Shown here piece by piece: positions 9,478-19,720 of a DNA stretch of 64,000 nucleotides. Source of the DNA: Phenylobacterium sp. (lineage in GTDB: Bacteria; Pseudomonadota; Alphaproteobacteria; Caulobacterales; Caulobacteraceae); contig NZ_SSMZ01000080.1 in NCBI RefSeq assembly GCF_004799395.1, positions 5,705 to 69,704 on the forward strand, in the 5' to 3' direction. Below the pieces are notes generated by a model. It was not told where the DNA came from. It did not search any database and worked only from the letters and a program-made list of their open reading frames with translations. The translations under genes were made by a program, and so were the position numbers. Positions within the stretch are counted from its first letter, which is position 1. Every line of letters starts with the position of its first letter.

Positions 9478-10908
9478 ATGAACGCCCATTCCCCCGCTCC
9501 TTCGATCCTCGAGTCCGCCGGCGTCGACCCCCAGCGCGCCGAAGCCATCCTCGGCGACGCGCTGAAAGGCGCCGACGACGGGGAGCTGTTCGTTGAACGC
9601 TCCGAAAGCGAGAGCTTCCTGTTCGACGACGGGCGGCTGAAGTCGGCGGCCTATGACGCCACCGAGGGCTTTGGCCTGCGGGTCGTGGCCGGCGAGACGG
9701 CGGGCTACGCCCACGCCAGCGAGATCTCCGAAGGCGCCATAGGCCGCGCCGCCGATTCGGCCCGGCTCGCCAAGCGAGGCTATTCGGGCGCCGCCGCCGA
9801 GGCGCCGCGCGCCACCAACGCCAAGCTCTATGGCGAGGACGATCCGCTCGCCTCCCCGGATTTCTCCGACAAGGTCTCCCTTCTGCAGGAGATCGACGCC
9901 TGGGCCCGCGCCCGCGACCCGCGGGTGGTGCAGGTGATGGCCTCCCTGGCCGGCGAACGGCGCACAATCGAGATCCTGCGGGCTGATGGCCGCCTCCTGC
10001 GCGACGTGCGGCCGCTGGCCCGCATCAACGTCCAGCTCACAGTGGAGCGCGACGGCAAGCGCGAGAGCGGCTACTCCGGCGCCGGCGGCCGCGCTGGTTT
10101 CGAGGCCTGGATCACGCCCGACCGCTGGCAGGAACAGGTGGACGAGGCGCTGCGCCAGGCGCTGGTCAATCTCGACGCCATCCCTTGCCCGGCGGGCGAG
10201 ATGGACGTGGTCCTGGGCCCGGGCTGGAACGGCGTGCTGCTGCACGAGGCGGTGGGCCACGGCCTGGAGGGCGACTTCAACCGCAAGGGCACCTCGGCCT
10301 TCTCCGGCCGGATCGGCGAGCGAGTCGCCGCGCCCGGCGTCACCGTCTTCGACGACGGGGCGATCCAGGGCCGCCGGGGCTCGCTGACCATCGACGACGA
10401 AGGCACGCCCACCGGCCGCACGGTGCTGATCGAGGACGGTATCCTGGTCGGCTACATGCACGACCGGATGAGCGCGCGGCTGATGGGCCTGGAAGCCACC
10501 GGCAACGGCCGCCGGCAATCCTACGCCCACCTGCCGATGCCCAGGATGACCAACACCGGCATGATGGGTGGCGACACGCCGCGCGAGGAGATGATCGCCT
10601 CGACCAAGCGGGGACTCTACTGCGCCAATTTCGGCGGCGGCCAGGTGGACATCACCAACGGCAAGTTCGTCTTCCAGTGCACCGAGGCCTATCTGATCGA
10701 GGACGGCAAGGTCACCGCCCCGGTGAAGGGCGCGACCCTGATCGGAGACGGGCCGTCGGCGCTGACGCGCGTCACCATGATCGGCGACGACTTCTGCTTC
10801 GACAACGGCGTCGGCGTCTGCGGCAAGGCGGGCCAAAGCGTGCCCGTCGGGGTCGGCCAGCCGTCGATGAAGCTCACCGGCCTGACGGTAGGCGGCACCA
10901 GCCTGTAG
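9478..10908 (+). CDS. tldD: metalloprotease TldD
   Basis: ATG at 9478 (MNAHSPAPSILESAGV...), motif LLHEAVGHGLEGDFNRKG, C-terminus CGKAGQSVPVGVGQPSMKL. Confidence 0.93.
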   Translation: MNAHSPAPSILESAGVDPQRAEAILGDALKGADDGELFVERSESESFLFDDGRLKSAAYDATEGFGLRVVAGETAGYAHASEISEGAIGRAADSARLAKRGYSGAAAEAPRATNAKLYGEDDPLASPDFSDKVSLLQEIDAWARARDPRVVQVMASLAGERRTIEILRADGRLLRDVRPLARINVQLTVERDGKRESGYSGAGGRAGFEAWITPDRWQEQVDEALRQALVNLDAIPCPAGEMDVVLGPGWNGVLLHEAVGHGLEGDFNRKGTSAFSGRIGERVAAPGVTVFDDGAIQGRRGSLTIDDEGTPTGRTVLIEDGILVGYMHDRMSARLMGLEATGNGRRQSYAHLPMPRMTNTGMMGGDTPREEMIASTKRGLYCANFGGGQVDITNGKFVFQCTEAYLIEDGKVTAPVKGATLIGDGPSALTRVTMIGDDFCFDNGVGVCGKAGQSVPVGVGQPSMKLTGLTVGGTSL

Positions 10909-11087
10909 CGAGCCGCGCGGGCGCCGGCGCTAGCCTTTGAGCCGGCGCTGCGCGCTTCTGAGGAGAGGCGTCCGCCGAGACGAACGGATGCATTCTGTCC
11001 GCGAATTAATCCACCTTACAGCCATTTAATTGGCGCCGCGGCGGCGGCGCAGGTCAGGTCCCCACGTTCTTGGGGAGCCTGTTCCGG

Positions 11088-13127
11088 ATGTTGCTTTTCA
11101 TTCTTGCCCAGGCGGCCGCGGCGGCGGTCGTGCCGGCGCAAGCCCCCGGTCCGGCGGTCGCCCAGACGGCCGCCCCGGCCCAGCCGGCGATCGTCAGCTA
11201 CGCCCCGGACTTCTTCAAAAGCATCAGCCCCAACACTGCGCTGGACATGGTCAACGCCCTGCCGGGCTTCGCGCTCGACACCGGCTCCGGCGTGCGCGGC
11301 TATGAAGGCGCGGCGGGCAATGTGCTGATCGACGGCCAGCGCCCGGCGACCAAGACCGAAGGCGTCGATTCGGTGCTGCAGCGGATGCTGGCCACACACG
11401 TGTCGCGCATCGACGTGATCCGCGGCGGCGCGCCCGGCATCGACATGCAGGGCAAGACGGTGATCGCCAATGTGATCACCAAGCAGGAGATCGGCGCGCG
11501 CGGCATCTTCCACTACGCCGACCAGCACGTCAGCGACGGCCGCCGGTTCGGCACCCTGCGGATCGAGGGCTCCGGCAAGGTCGGCGATCGCACCTGGGAG
11601 GGTGGTGTCACCGTGAGCGGTTTCATCGACGACGGCTTCGGCGACGGCCCGCGGACCGTCACCAACGGCGACGGAACACCGAACGGCGCGGCGCATATCC
11701 ACAGCCAGGGCTGGGGAACCCAGTCGATCGTCACCGGCGCCACCGAGGCGCCGCTGGCCGGCGGCAGCCTGCGGATCAACGGCCGGATCGGCAGCCAAGC
11801 CTACGACACCGCAGAACTCGATACCTTTAGCTTCCCCAACACCCACACCGAGCACGACCACCAGGACGATAACTATCTGCAAAGCGAGATCGGCGCCCGC
11901 TACACCCACGGCTTCGGAGCCCGCACCACGACCGAGTTCGTCGTCCTGAGGCAGGACAAGCACGAACTCTACGCCGACGCCTTCGACACCCCGACCGACG
12001 CCCAGGAGTTCCGCCAGGACACGACGACGTCGGAGACCATCCTGCGCGGCGTCGTGAAGTTCCAGCAGAACCCGAGCCTCTCCTGGGAGGCCGGCGCCGA
12101 GGGCGCCTACAACACGCTGGAAAACCACATCCTGTTCTCGGACAACGCGGTGTTCACGACCCTGCCGGCCGCCGATGTCGAGGTCGACGAGAAGCGCGGC
12201 GAGACGTTCGGCAAGGCGGTCTGGCGGCCGTTCTCGACACTGACCGTCGAGGGCGCGGTGCGCGAGGAGGGCTCGAACATCGCCTCAAGCGGCGACGTGA
12301 ACCTGTCGAAGACCCTCTACTACACCAAGCCGCGGCTGGCGGTGACCTGGGCGCCGGACGCCGACAACCAGTTCCGCTTTCGCTACGAGCGCGAGGTGGG
12401 GCAGCTGGATTTCGGCGCCTTCGTGGCCTCCACGACGCTCACCGCCGGCGTCGTCACCGCAGGCAACCCGAACCTCGTCCCGCAGCAGGACTGGGCCAGC
12501 GAGATCGCCTATGAGCGACGCTTCTGGGGCGGCGGCGGCCTGGTGCTCACCGCGCGCCACCTGGAGATCACCGACGTCGTCGACCGCGCGCCGCTCCGCG
12601 CACCGGACGGCACGTTCTTCGATGCGCCCGCCAACATCGGCGCCGGCAGCGAGAACGACTTCCTGGCGACCCTGACCGTGCCGCTGGACAAGCTGGGCTT
12701 GAAGGGCGCGGTGATCCGCGGCGACTACACCCGCCGGGTGTCGGAGGTGACCGACCCCACGACCCACGAGCGCCGCCCGATCAGCAACCAGCACCCCTCC
12801 GACTGGGACGCCCACTACTCGCAGACCATCGGCAAGGTGATCTACGGCGTCGACCTCTACGGCGGCTGGCAGCAGCGCAACTACCGCTTCAACCAGATCG
12901 AGATTGACAAGCTGCAGACCTATGTGACGCCCTACGCGGAGTGGAAGCCCAATCCCAAGCTGACCTGGCGGGTGGAGCTCGACAACGTCACCGCCCGAGG
13001 CTTCAAGCACACGTTCGAGAATTGGGACGGTCCCCGCAACCTCGTCCCCCTGGACACCGTCGACCTGCGCAGCGTCCACCCCGGCCGGGTGATCTACATC
13101 CGCCTGCGCAAGACCTTCGGGGACTGA
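11088..13127 (+). CDS. TonB-dependent outer-membrane receptor
   Basis: Signal peptide MLLFILAQAAAAAVVPAQA. Plug-domain motifs ALDMVNALPGF and RIDVIRGGAPG, with a beta-barrel-like remainder. GGGGAG 10 nt before the ATG at 11088. Confidence 0.85.
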   Translation: MLLFILAQAAAAAVVPAQAPGPAVAQTAAPAQPAIVSYAPDFFKSISPNTALDMVNALPGFALDTGSGVRGYEGAAGNVLIDGQRPATKTEGVDSVLQRMLATHVSRIDVIRGGAPGIDMQGKTVIANVITKQEIGARGIFHYADQHVSDGRRFGTLRIEGSGKVGDRTWEGGVTVSGFIDDGFGDGPRTVTNGDGTPNGAAHIHSQGWGTQSIVTGATEAPLAGGSLRINGRIGSQAYDTAELDTFSFPNTHTEHDHQDDNYLQSEIGARYTHGFGARTTTEFVVLRQDKHELYADAFDTPTDAQEFRQDTTTSETILRGVVKFQQNPSLSWEAGAEGAYNTLENHILFSDNAVFTTLPAADVEVDEKRGETFGKAVWRPFSTLTVEGAVREEGSNIASSGDVNLSKTLYYTKPRLAVTWAPDADNQFRFRYEREVGQLDFGAFVASTTLTAGVVTAGNPNLVPQQDWASEIAYERRFWGGGGLVLTARHLEITDVVDRAPLRAPDGTFFDAPANIGAGSENDFLATLTVPLDKLGLKGAVIRGDYTRRVSEVTDPTTHERRPISNQHPSDWDAHYSQTIGKVIYGVDLYGGWQQRNYRFNQIEIDKLQTYVTPYAEWKPNPKLTWRVELDNVTARGFKHTFENWDGPRNLVPLDTVDLRSVHPGRVIYIRLRKTFGD

Positions 13128-13130
13128 CGC

Positions 13131-14900
13131 CTACTTCGTGTCGCTCGCGCCGTGGGCCCACCGCTTCAGCCAGGGCGACAGGACGATCATCAGGACGCCA
13201 GCGCCCAGGCCCCAGAGGCCGATCATCGCGAAGACGTGGCTGTAGGTGGCCAGCGCCTTGCCGGCGTCGAGCACCTGGCCGCCGATGGTGTCGGAGGCGG
13301 TGAGTTGGGCGATCTTGGCGGCCACGAACTGGGCACCGGCGGTGCCCAGGAACCAGGTCGCCATCAGGGTCGAGATCAGGAGCGGCGGGGCCAGCTTGGT
13401 CATTTGCGACAGGCCCACCGGGGAGACGCACATCTCGCCCGTCGTCTGCATCAGATAGGCCGCGGCGAGGAAGATCAGCGGGCTCTTGAAGTCCGCGCCT
13501 GCGAACTGCGCCCCGAAGATCAGCACGTAGTAGCTGGCCCCGATCATCAGGAGGCCGACGCCGAACTTCGCCACCGGGTTCGGATCTCGGCCCAACCGGC
13601 CGAGGAAGGTCCAGAGCGCGGCCATCACCGGCGCCAGGACCAGGATCCAGCCCGACTGGAAGGACTGCGCCTGGGCGGGCTTCATGGACTGGTCGCCGTA
13701 GAGGTGCAGGTTGACGTTGCGCTCGGCGAAGAGGTTCAGCGACGAGCCTCCCTGTTCGTAGAGGGCCCAGAACACCACCGAGGCCAGGATCAGCACGATG
13801 GCCAGCAACAGGCGTTCGCGCTCGACCTTGTCGGCCCTGGTAGCCATGTACCAGACCAGGTAGCCCAGAACGGCGACGGCGCCGACGCCCAGCAGGACGC
13901 TGACGATCGCGAAGCTCTGCACCACCACCCAGATCGCCGCGACGCCAAGCAGGGCGCCCAGATAGATCAGCCACTCGGTGTTCAACGGCCCCGCTACCGG
14001 CTTGGCCAGCGCTACAGGGTCGGCCGGCTCGCCCTTGCCGTCGAGCATCGGCTTGCCCAGCACGAAGACGATCCAGCCCAGGGCCATGCCGACGCCGGCG
14101 GCGCCGAAGCCCGCCCACCAGCCGATCGTCTGGCCCAGCCAGCCGCAGGTGATCGAGGCAAGGAACGAGCCCAGGTTGATGCCGTAATAGTAGAGGGTGA
14201 ACCCGGGATCGCGGCGCGGGTCGCCCTGGCTGTAAAGCTCGCCGACAATGGCCGAGATGTTCGCCTTCAGGAATCCGACGCCCATGATGATCAGGGCGAG
14301 CGCGAGGAAGAGGATGTTCTTGAAGAGCGGCGACTGACGGGCGACCGAGATCTGGTAGTCGCCCTTGGGCATGTGCGACGGAAGGGGCGCGGTGGCCGGC
14401 AGGCCCTTGATGTTCAGGCCGCCGTCGGCGGCGGCGGAATAGGCGTAAGGCGTTCCGCCGACCAGCAGCCGCACTTCGCGGGTGTCGGCCCGACCGGTGA
14501 CCTGGAAGTTGTAGGCCGCCCCGTGGGTGGTCAGCACCTGGGTCGCAGGCTCGCCCTCCAGCGCCATGGTGAAGTGTCCGGCCACCAGCAGCAGGGCCCC
14601 GAAGGCCACCGCCTTGCGGGCGCCCAGGAACCGGTCGGCGAGGAACCCCCCGATCACCGGCAGCAGATAGACCAGCGAGGTGTAGGCTCCGTAGGAGCCG
14701 GCCGCGGTCGTGTCGTCGAACAGGAAGTGCTGGGTCAGGTAGTAGATCAGCAGACCGCGCATGCCGTAGTAGGAGAACCGCTCCCACATCTCGGCGAAGA
14801 ACAGGATCCGCAGGCCCCTGGGATGCTGGCGAAGCTGCAGGACGACCGGAATGGCCGTGACCGCCGCGATGACGATCCCGGCCACGATGACGATGTCCAT
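13131..14900 (-). CDS. POT/PTR2-family proton-dependent di/tripeptide transporter
   Basis: ATG at 14900 (MDIVIVAG...). Signature FAEMWERFSYYGMRGLLIYYL. Polytopic. Confidence 0.9.
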   Translation of the reverse strand: MDIVIVAGIVIAAVTAIPVVLQLRQHPRGLRILFFAEMWERFSYYGMRGLLIYYLTQHFLFDDTTAAGSYGAYTSLVYLLPVIGGFLADRFLGARKAVAFGALLLVAGHFTMALEGEPATQVLTTHGAAYNFQVTGRADTREVRLLVGGTPYAYSAAADGGLNIKGLPATAPLPSHMPKGDYQISVARQSPLFKNILFLALALIIMGVGFLKANISAIVGELYSQGDPRRDPGFTLYYYGINLGSFLASITCGWLGQTIGWWAGFGAAGVGMALGWIVFVLGKPMLDGKGEPADPVALAKPVAGPLNTEWLIYLGALLGVAAIWVVVQSFAIVSVLLGVGAVAVLGYLVWYMATRADKVERERLLLAIVLILASVVFWALYEQGGSSLNLFAERNVNLHLYGDQSMKPAQAQSFQSGWILVLAPVMAALWTFLGRLGRDPNPVAKFGVGLLMIGASYYVLIFGAQFAGADFKSPLIFLAAAYLMQTTGEMCVSPVGLSQMTKLAPPLLISTLMATWFLGTAGAQFVAAKIAQLTASDTIGGQVLDAGKALATYSHVFAMIGLWGLGAGVLMIVLSPWLKRWAHGASDTK

Positions 14901-15085
14901 GTGACGGCTCTGGCCTCTTCTTAGCGGAGGCGCGCCGCCCCCGAGGCGCGCGCCGTCATGATTGCGCCGCAGAAAATCACCTAGACCCCCTGAGCACAAG
15001 CTGGCCCGGTCCCCATCTAGGGTCACCGTCCGCGCGGAGCCTGGGCCAGCGCTCCTGCGTTACGAACCGCTGAAGGAGACATGCC

Positions 15086-15622
15086 ATGAAGACGCCCGGC
15101 CCCGACCACCCGATCACCCTGGAGCCCGGCGCCACGCGCTGGCGCGCCCAGTTCGCCGGCCATGTGATCGCCGACAGCGCCGAGGCGCTGATCCTGCGCG
15201 AGTCCACCTATCCGCCGGTGGTCTACTTCCCCCGCGTGGACGTGGAGATGGGCTTCATGAGCCGGACCGACCGCGGCACGCACTGCCCCTACAAGGGTGA
15301 CGCCAGCTATTTCACCGTGCTGATGGACGGCCAGTTCGCCGAGAACGCGGTCTGGACCTACGAGCAGCCCTTCCCGGCCATGGAGGCCATCGAGGGCCGG
15401 CTCGCCTTCTACACCGACAAGATCGAGGTCTATGAGGTCGCCAACGCGGCGGCGAAGCCGGAACAACCCGCCCCTCCCAAGCCCAAACCGGACGAGGACT
15501 TCGCCATCACCGTCGACGACGTGGTGCAGCACACCGACTCCGGCTCCGGGAACTCGCAGAGGGAGCATTGGGCGGCGAACGTCTCGACACCGGCCAGCAC
15601 CGACGACGGCGGATTGCGCTAG
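15086..15622 (+). CDS. DUF427-domain protein with ~60-aa C-terminal extension
   Basis: ESTYPPVVYFPRVDV...THCPYKGDASYF...AVWTYEQP is the DUF427 core. It is followed by a P/K-rich linker and an unassigned tail. Confidence 0.75.
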   Translation: MKTPGPDHPITLEPGATRWRAQFAGHVIADSAEALILRESTYPPVVYFPRVDVEMGFMSRTDRGTHCPYKGDASYFTVLMDGQFAENAVWTYEQPFPAMEAIEGRLAFYTDKIEVYEVANAAAKPEQPAPPKPKPDEDFAITVDDVVQHTDSGSGNSQREHWAANVSTPASTDDGGLR

Positions 15623-15658
15623 CCTTCCCCTCCCCTCCCCGCCCCGGGAAGGGACGGC

Positions 15659-17014
15659 TCAGTAGGCGAAGTTCTCGAAGACCTTGCTGGCGTCGCCGGC
15701 CCAGGGGCCGTTGTAGAGCTCAAGCAGGCGCTCGGCCTGGGTGATCCCGCTGTCGGCGATCTCGTCGAGTTGGCTGAGGTAGTTGCTCTCGTCCACCATG
15801 CCGCCGGAGAGGCGGTTGCGGCGCCGCAGGCCGTCGCGGGCGATGGCCAGCATGTCCTTGGCCACGTCCTGCACCGAGCGGCCGGCGATCTGCGCCTTCA
15901 ATCCGATCCGCGCGACGTCGGCGCGCAAACGCTCATGGTCCTCGATCTTCCAGGCCTTGCAGAGGTCCCAGGCGGCGGCGAGCGCGGCGGAATCGTAGAA
16001 GATCCCCATCCACAGCGCCGGCAGCGCACACAACGCACTCCAGGGGCCGGAGTCCGCGCCGCGCATCTCCAGGTACTGCTTGAGGCGCACTTCTGGGAAG
16101 ATGGTGGTGGTGTGGTCGGCCCAGTCCTTGATTGAGGGCTTCTCACCTGGCAGTTCGGCCAGCTTGCCGTCCATGAAGTCGCGGAACGAGCGGCCGGCCA
16201 GGTCGATGTAGCGGTCGCCGCGCTTGGCGAAATACATCGGCACGTCGAGCGCGTACTTCGCATAGGTCTCGAAACCGAAGCCGTCCTGGAAGACGAAGTC
16301 CAGCATGCCGGTGCGGTCGGGGTCGGTGTCGGTCCAAACATTGGCGCGGGCCGAGACGAATCCGGAAGGCTTGCCCTCGATGAACGGCGAATTGGCGAAG
16401 AGCGCGGTGCAGATCGGCTGCAGCGCAAGGCTGGTCCGGAACTTCGCCACCATGTCGGCTTCCGAGCCGAAGTCGAGATTAGCCTGCACAGTGCAGGTGC
16501 GGAACATCATGTCCAGGCCGAGCCCGCCGACCTTGGGCATATACTCGCGCATGATCTTGTAACGGCCCTTTGGCATCACCGGCACCTGGTCGCGCCGCCA
16601 GATCGGCGTGAAGCCGAGGCCCAGGAACCCGATGCCGAGCTCGTCGGCCACGACCTTCACCTCGGCCAGGTGCTGGCCGGTCTCCTCGCAGATGTCGTGG
16701 ATGGTCTCCAGCGGCGCGCCGGAGAGTTCGAACTGGCCGCCGGGCTCCAGGCTGACATTGGCCTTGCCGCGCTCCAGCGCGATGACGTGGCCCGCCTCCA
16801 TCACTGGGGTCCAGCCGAAGCGGGTCATCCCGTCCAGCAGCGCTTTGATGCCGTTCGGCTCATAGGGAACCGGTTCGTGCGTCCCCAGGCGGAAGACGAA
16901 CTTCTCGTGCTCGGCGCCGACGCGCCACTGGTCCTTGGGCTTCGAACCCTTATCGAACCAGGCGACCAGGTCTTCGAACGTCAGGGGACGGTCGTCCGTG
17001 GCGGTCTCGGCCAT
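15659..17014 (-). CDS. gshA: glutamate--cysteine ligase (GCS2, plant/alphaproteobacterial type)
   Basis: ATG at 17014 (MAETATDDRPLTFEDL...), WRVGAEHEKFVF, about 451 aa. Confidence 0.9.
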   Translation of the reverse strand: MAETATDDRPLTFEDLVAWFDKGSKPKDQWRVGAEHEKFVFRLGTHEPVPYEPNGIKALLDGMTRFGWTPVMEAGHVIALERGKANVSLEPGGQFELSGAPLETIHDICEETGQHLAEVKVVADELGIGFLGLGFTPIWRRDQVPVMPKGRYKIMREYMPKVGGLGLDMMFRTCTVQANLDFGSEADMVAKFRTSLALQPICTALFANSPFIEGKPSGFVSARANVWTDTDPDRTGMLDFVFQDGFGFETYAKYALDVPMYFAKRGDRYIDLAGRSFRDFMDGKLAELPGEKPSIKDWADHTTTIFPEVRLKQYLEMRGADSGPWSALCALPALWMGIFYDSAALAAAWDLCKAWKIEDHERLRADVARIGLKAQIAGRSVQDVAKDMLAIARDGLRRRNRLSGGMVDESNYLSQLDEIADSGITQAERLLELYNGPWAGDASKVFENFAY

Positions 17015-17102
17015 GCGTTTCCTTCCCCATCCCAACCGGGACCGCGTTCACGCGGCGCTGCTCTTTACGTTGAGGGGATAGGTGGGCGCAATCGGGCGAA
17101 GC

Positions 17103-17837
17103 TCAAGGGGCGCCCTTTGGAGTCCAGTCGCCGAGCGCCGCCTGCCAGAGTGTCAGCGCGCTGATCGCGGCGGTGTCGGCGCGCAGGATGCGGGGCCCGA
17201 GGGAGGCTGGCGCGGCGCAGGGGAGCGCGCGGAGCCGGTCGCGCTCGGCGGGCGAGAAGCCGCCTTCCGGGCCGATCAGGATCGCCCAGGGGCCGGCCGA
17301 CTGGTCCTTGAGCGCCTCGAGGACCGGCTTGGCGTCGCCGGCCTCGTCGCAGAATAGCAGCTTGCGACCCTCCTCCCAGCCGTCGATCAGCTTACCGAGT
17401 TTCACCGGCTCAAACACCTCGGGCACATCCAGCCGGCCGGTCTGTTCGGCGGCTTCGGTGGCGATGGCGGTCAGTCGCTCGACGCGGGCGCGGTCGGCGT
17501 TGGTGCGTTCGGTTAGCACCAACCGCACCCTGCGCGCGCCGAGTTCGGCGGCCTTCTCGACAATGGTCTCCACCCGCCCGCGCTTCACCACGGCCACGAT
17601 CAGGTCGAGGTCCGGCCCGGTCGCCTGGAGTCGCGTCTGTATCTCCGCCCGCAAGCCGACAGCGCGCTTGGTCACCGCGGTGATGGCGCTCAGCCACTCC
17701 CCGTCGCGGCCGTTGAAGAGGGCGACCTCGTCGCCGACGCCCTGGCGCATCACCGAGGCCAGATAGTGGCTCTGGTCGCGGTCGAGCGCCAATTCGGCGC
17801 CGGCCTCCAGGTGGTGAGGAATGAACAAACGGATCAT
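17103..17837 (-). CDS. rsmE: 16S rRNA (uracil1498-N3)-methyltransferase
   Basis: 244 aa, MIRLFIPHHLEAGAELALDRDQSHYLASVMR... and C-terminal ILIGPEGGFSPAE. Confidence 0.9.
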   Translation of the reverse strand: MIRLFIPHHLEAGAELALDRDQSHYLASVMRQGVGDEVALFNGRDGEWLSAITAVTKRAVGLRAEIQTRLQATGPDLDLIVAVVKRGRVETIVEKAAELGARRVRLVLTERTNADRARVERLTAIATEAAEQTGRLDVPEVFEPVKLGKLIDGWEEGRKLLFCDEAGDAKPVLEALKDQSAGPWAILIGPEGGFSPAERDRLRALPCAAPASLGPRILRADTAAISALTLWQAALGDWTPKGAP

Positions 17838-17883
17838 CGTCTCGTTCTAGCGCCCAGGGCTTCATCGGGACTAGGGTCAAGGC

Positions 17884-18645
17884 ATGGCGAAAGACGACGA
17901 CTACACGCGCGAGCTGGAAAGTCTGCAGGCGGCCCTGGTGCGTTTTCAGATCGCGGCCCTCAAGTCCGGGGAGAAGTCCCTGGTGATCTTCGAGGGCCGC
18001 GACGCGGCCGGCAAGGACGGGGCGATCAAGCGGATCACCGAGCACCTGTCCGTGCGCAACACCCGCGCCATCGCGCTCCCCAAGCCCACCGAGCGCGAAC
18101 GCTCGCAATGGTACTTCCAGCGTTACGTGCGCCACCTGCCGGGCGCCGGCGAGTTCGTCCTGTTCAACCGCTCCTGGTACAATCGCGGCGGCGTCGAGCC
18201 GGTCATGGGCTTCTGCACGCCGGACGAGCACGAGGCCTTTCTGCGCGACGCGCCGGGCTTCGAGGCCATGCTGGTGGGCTCGGGTCTGAAGGTCATCAAG
18301 CTCTGGCTCGACATCAGCCGCGAGGAACAGGCGTCGAGGCTGAAGGCCCGCAGGTCCGACCCCCTGAAGGCGCTGAAGGTCAGCCCGCTTGACGGCGTCG
18401 CCCAGGAGAAGTGGGACGCCTACACCGATGCCCGCGACCAGATGCTGAGGCGCACCCATACCCGCGAGGCGCCCTGGATCATCGTGCGCACCGACCACAA
18501 GAAGAAGGCCCGGCTGAACACCATGCGCTACCTGTTGAAGGAGCTGGCGCCCAAGTCGATCGCCAAGGGCGTCGACAAGCCCGACCCCAAGGTGGTCTTC
18601 GAGTTCGAGACCGAGGCCCTGACCGATGGACGGCTGGACCGCTAG
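17884..18645 (+). CDS. ppk2: polyphosphate kinase 2
   Basis: 253 aa with FEGRDAAGKDG (Walker A-like), QWYFQRY and FNRSWYNR. Confidence 0.9.
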   Translation: MAKDDDYTRELESLQAALVRFQIAALKSGEKSLVIFEGRDAAGKDGAIKRITEHLSVRNTRAIALPKPTERERSQWYFQRYVRHLPGAGEFVLFNRSWYNRGGVEPVMGFCTPDEHEAFLRDAPGFEAMLVGSGLKVIKLWLDISREEQASRLKARRSDPLKALKVSPLDGVAQEKWDAYTDARDQMLRRTHTREAPWIIVRTDHKKKARLNTMRYLLKELAPKSIAKGVDKPDPKVVFEFETEALTDGRLDR

Positions 18646-18657
18646 AAGAGGATCGCC

Positions 18658-19638
18658 ATGGAACAGGTTCGTCTGGGCAAAACCGGGCTGAAGGTCTCCC
18701 GCCTCTGCCTCGGCTGCATGACCTATGGCTCGCCCAAGTGGCGGAGCTGGGTGCTGGACCAGGAGCAGGCCAAGCCGTTCTTCCAGAGCGCCATCGAGAA
18801 GGGGATCACCTTTTTCGACACAGCCAATGTCTACTCCATCGGCGAAAGCGAGGTGGTCACCGGCCACTGGCTGCGCGAATTCGCCAAGCGTGAGGAGATC
18901 GTCGTCGCCACCAAGGTCAACGGACCGATGGGCAAGGGGCCGAACGAAAAGGGCCTCAGCCGCAAGTCGATCATGGCCCAGGTCGACGCCAGCCTGACCC
19001 GGCTCGGCATGGACTACGTCGACCTCTATCAGATCCACCGCTTCGACTACGAGGTCCCCATCGAGGAGACGCTGGAGGCGCTGAACGACGTCGTGAAGGC
19101 CGGCAAGGCCCGCTACATCGGCGCGTCCTCCATGTACGCGTGGCAGTTCGCCCGCATGCTGGCGGCCAGCGAGAAGCACGGCTGGGTGAAATTCGTCTCC
19201 ATGCAGCCGCAGCTGAACCTGGTCTATCGGGAGGAGGAGCGCGAGATGCTGCCGCTCTGCCGGGCTGAGGGCATTGGGGTCATTCCCTGGTCGCCGCTGG
19301 CCCGCGGTTACCTGGCCGGCGGCCGCGCCGCGCCTAAGGAAGGCAACACCGAGCGCGCGCGGACCGACGAGTTCAGCCCCCGCCTCTACTACACCGCGGC
19401 CGACGGGCAGGTGGTCGACGCCGTGGGCGAAATCGCCAGGGAACGCGGGCTTTCCAACATGCAGATCGCGCTCGCCTGGGTGCTGCGCCACAAGGCCGTG
19501 ACCGCCCCGATCATCGGCGCCAGCAAGCTCGGTCACATCGACGAGGCGGTCTCGGCGGTCGGCGTCGAATTGAGCGACGACGAGGTCAAGCGGCTGGAGG
19601 CGCCCTACCAACCGAAACCAGTGTTAGACCACGCCTGA
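18658..19638 (+). CDS. aldo/keto reductase
   Basis: 326 aa with GITFFDTANVYS, YVDLYQIHRFD and IGASSMYAWQF. Confidence 0.9.
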   Translation: MEQVRLGKTGLKVSRLCLGCMTYGSPKWRSWVLDQEQAKPFFQSAIEKGITFFDTANVYSIGESEVVTGHWLREFAKREEIVVATKVNGPMGKGPNEKGLSRKSIMAQVDASLTRLGMDYVDLYQIHRFDYEVPIEETLEALNDVVKAGKARYIGASSMYAWQFARMLAASEKHGWVKFVSMQPQLNLVYREEEREMLPLCRAEGIGVIPWSPLARGYLAGGRAAPKEGNTERARTDEFSPRLYYTAADGQVVDAVGEIARERGLSNMQIALAWVLRHKAVTAPIIGASKLGHIDEAVSAVGVELSDDEVKRLEAPYQPKPVLDHA

Positions 19639-19681
19639 ATCCCGCTTTGTTCGCTGTCTCAAAGGGGGAATGATCAAGCTG

Positions 19682-19689
19682 TTAACCAT
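19682..19689 (+). promoter_or_regulatory. TTAACCAT octamer (CtrA half-site-type motif)
   Basis: Exact TTAACCAT in the AT-rich gap upstream of the YcaQ-family gene. A single short motif, so weak. Confidence 0.25.
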
Positions 19690-19705
19690 TCTTAAACACA
19701 TGGTT

Positions 19706-19720
19706 GTTCGGTTTTTGTTC
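19706..19720 (+). promoter_or_regulatory. putative LexA (SOS) box, GTTC-N7-GTTC
   Basis: GTTCggtttttGTTC, 49 nt upstream of the ATG at 19769. Matches the alphaproteobacterial LexA direct-repeat operator. Confidence 0.5.

Noticed and set aside
9301-10836. 511-aa minus-strand ORF
   Set aside because: Antisense to tldD, which carries the HEAVGHGLEGDFN motif.
11003-11036. AT-rich patch (gaattaatccaccttacagccatttaattgg) upstream of the TonB-dependent receptor, considered as a Fur/Zur/DnaA-type site or riboswitch
   Set aside because: Only a 5-bp AATTA/TAATT symmetry and a 7/9 resemblance to a DnaA box. No B12-box or other riboswitch core is visible.
15623-15652. CCTTCCC...GGGAAGG hairpin between DUF427 and gshA as an intrinsic terminator
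   Set aside because: A 7-bp stem with a 16-nt C-rich loop and no U-tract on either strand. Too weak to call.
17410-19611. 733-aa minus-strand ORF
   Set aside because: Antisense to ppk2 and the aldo/keto reductase, both strongly supported. The translation is low-complexity and R/G/A-rich.
19682-19695. TTAA-N-TTAA that looked like a full CtrA box
   Set aside because: The spacer is 6 nt, not the canonical 7. Only the TTAACCAT octamer was retained, at low confidence.
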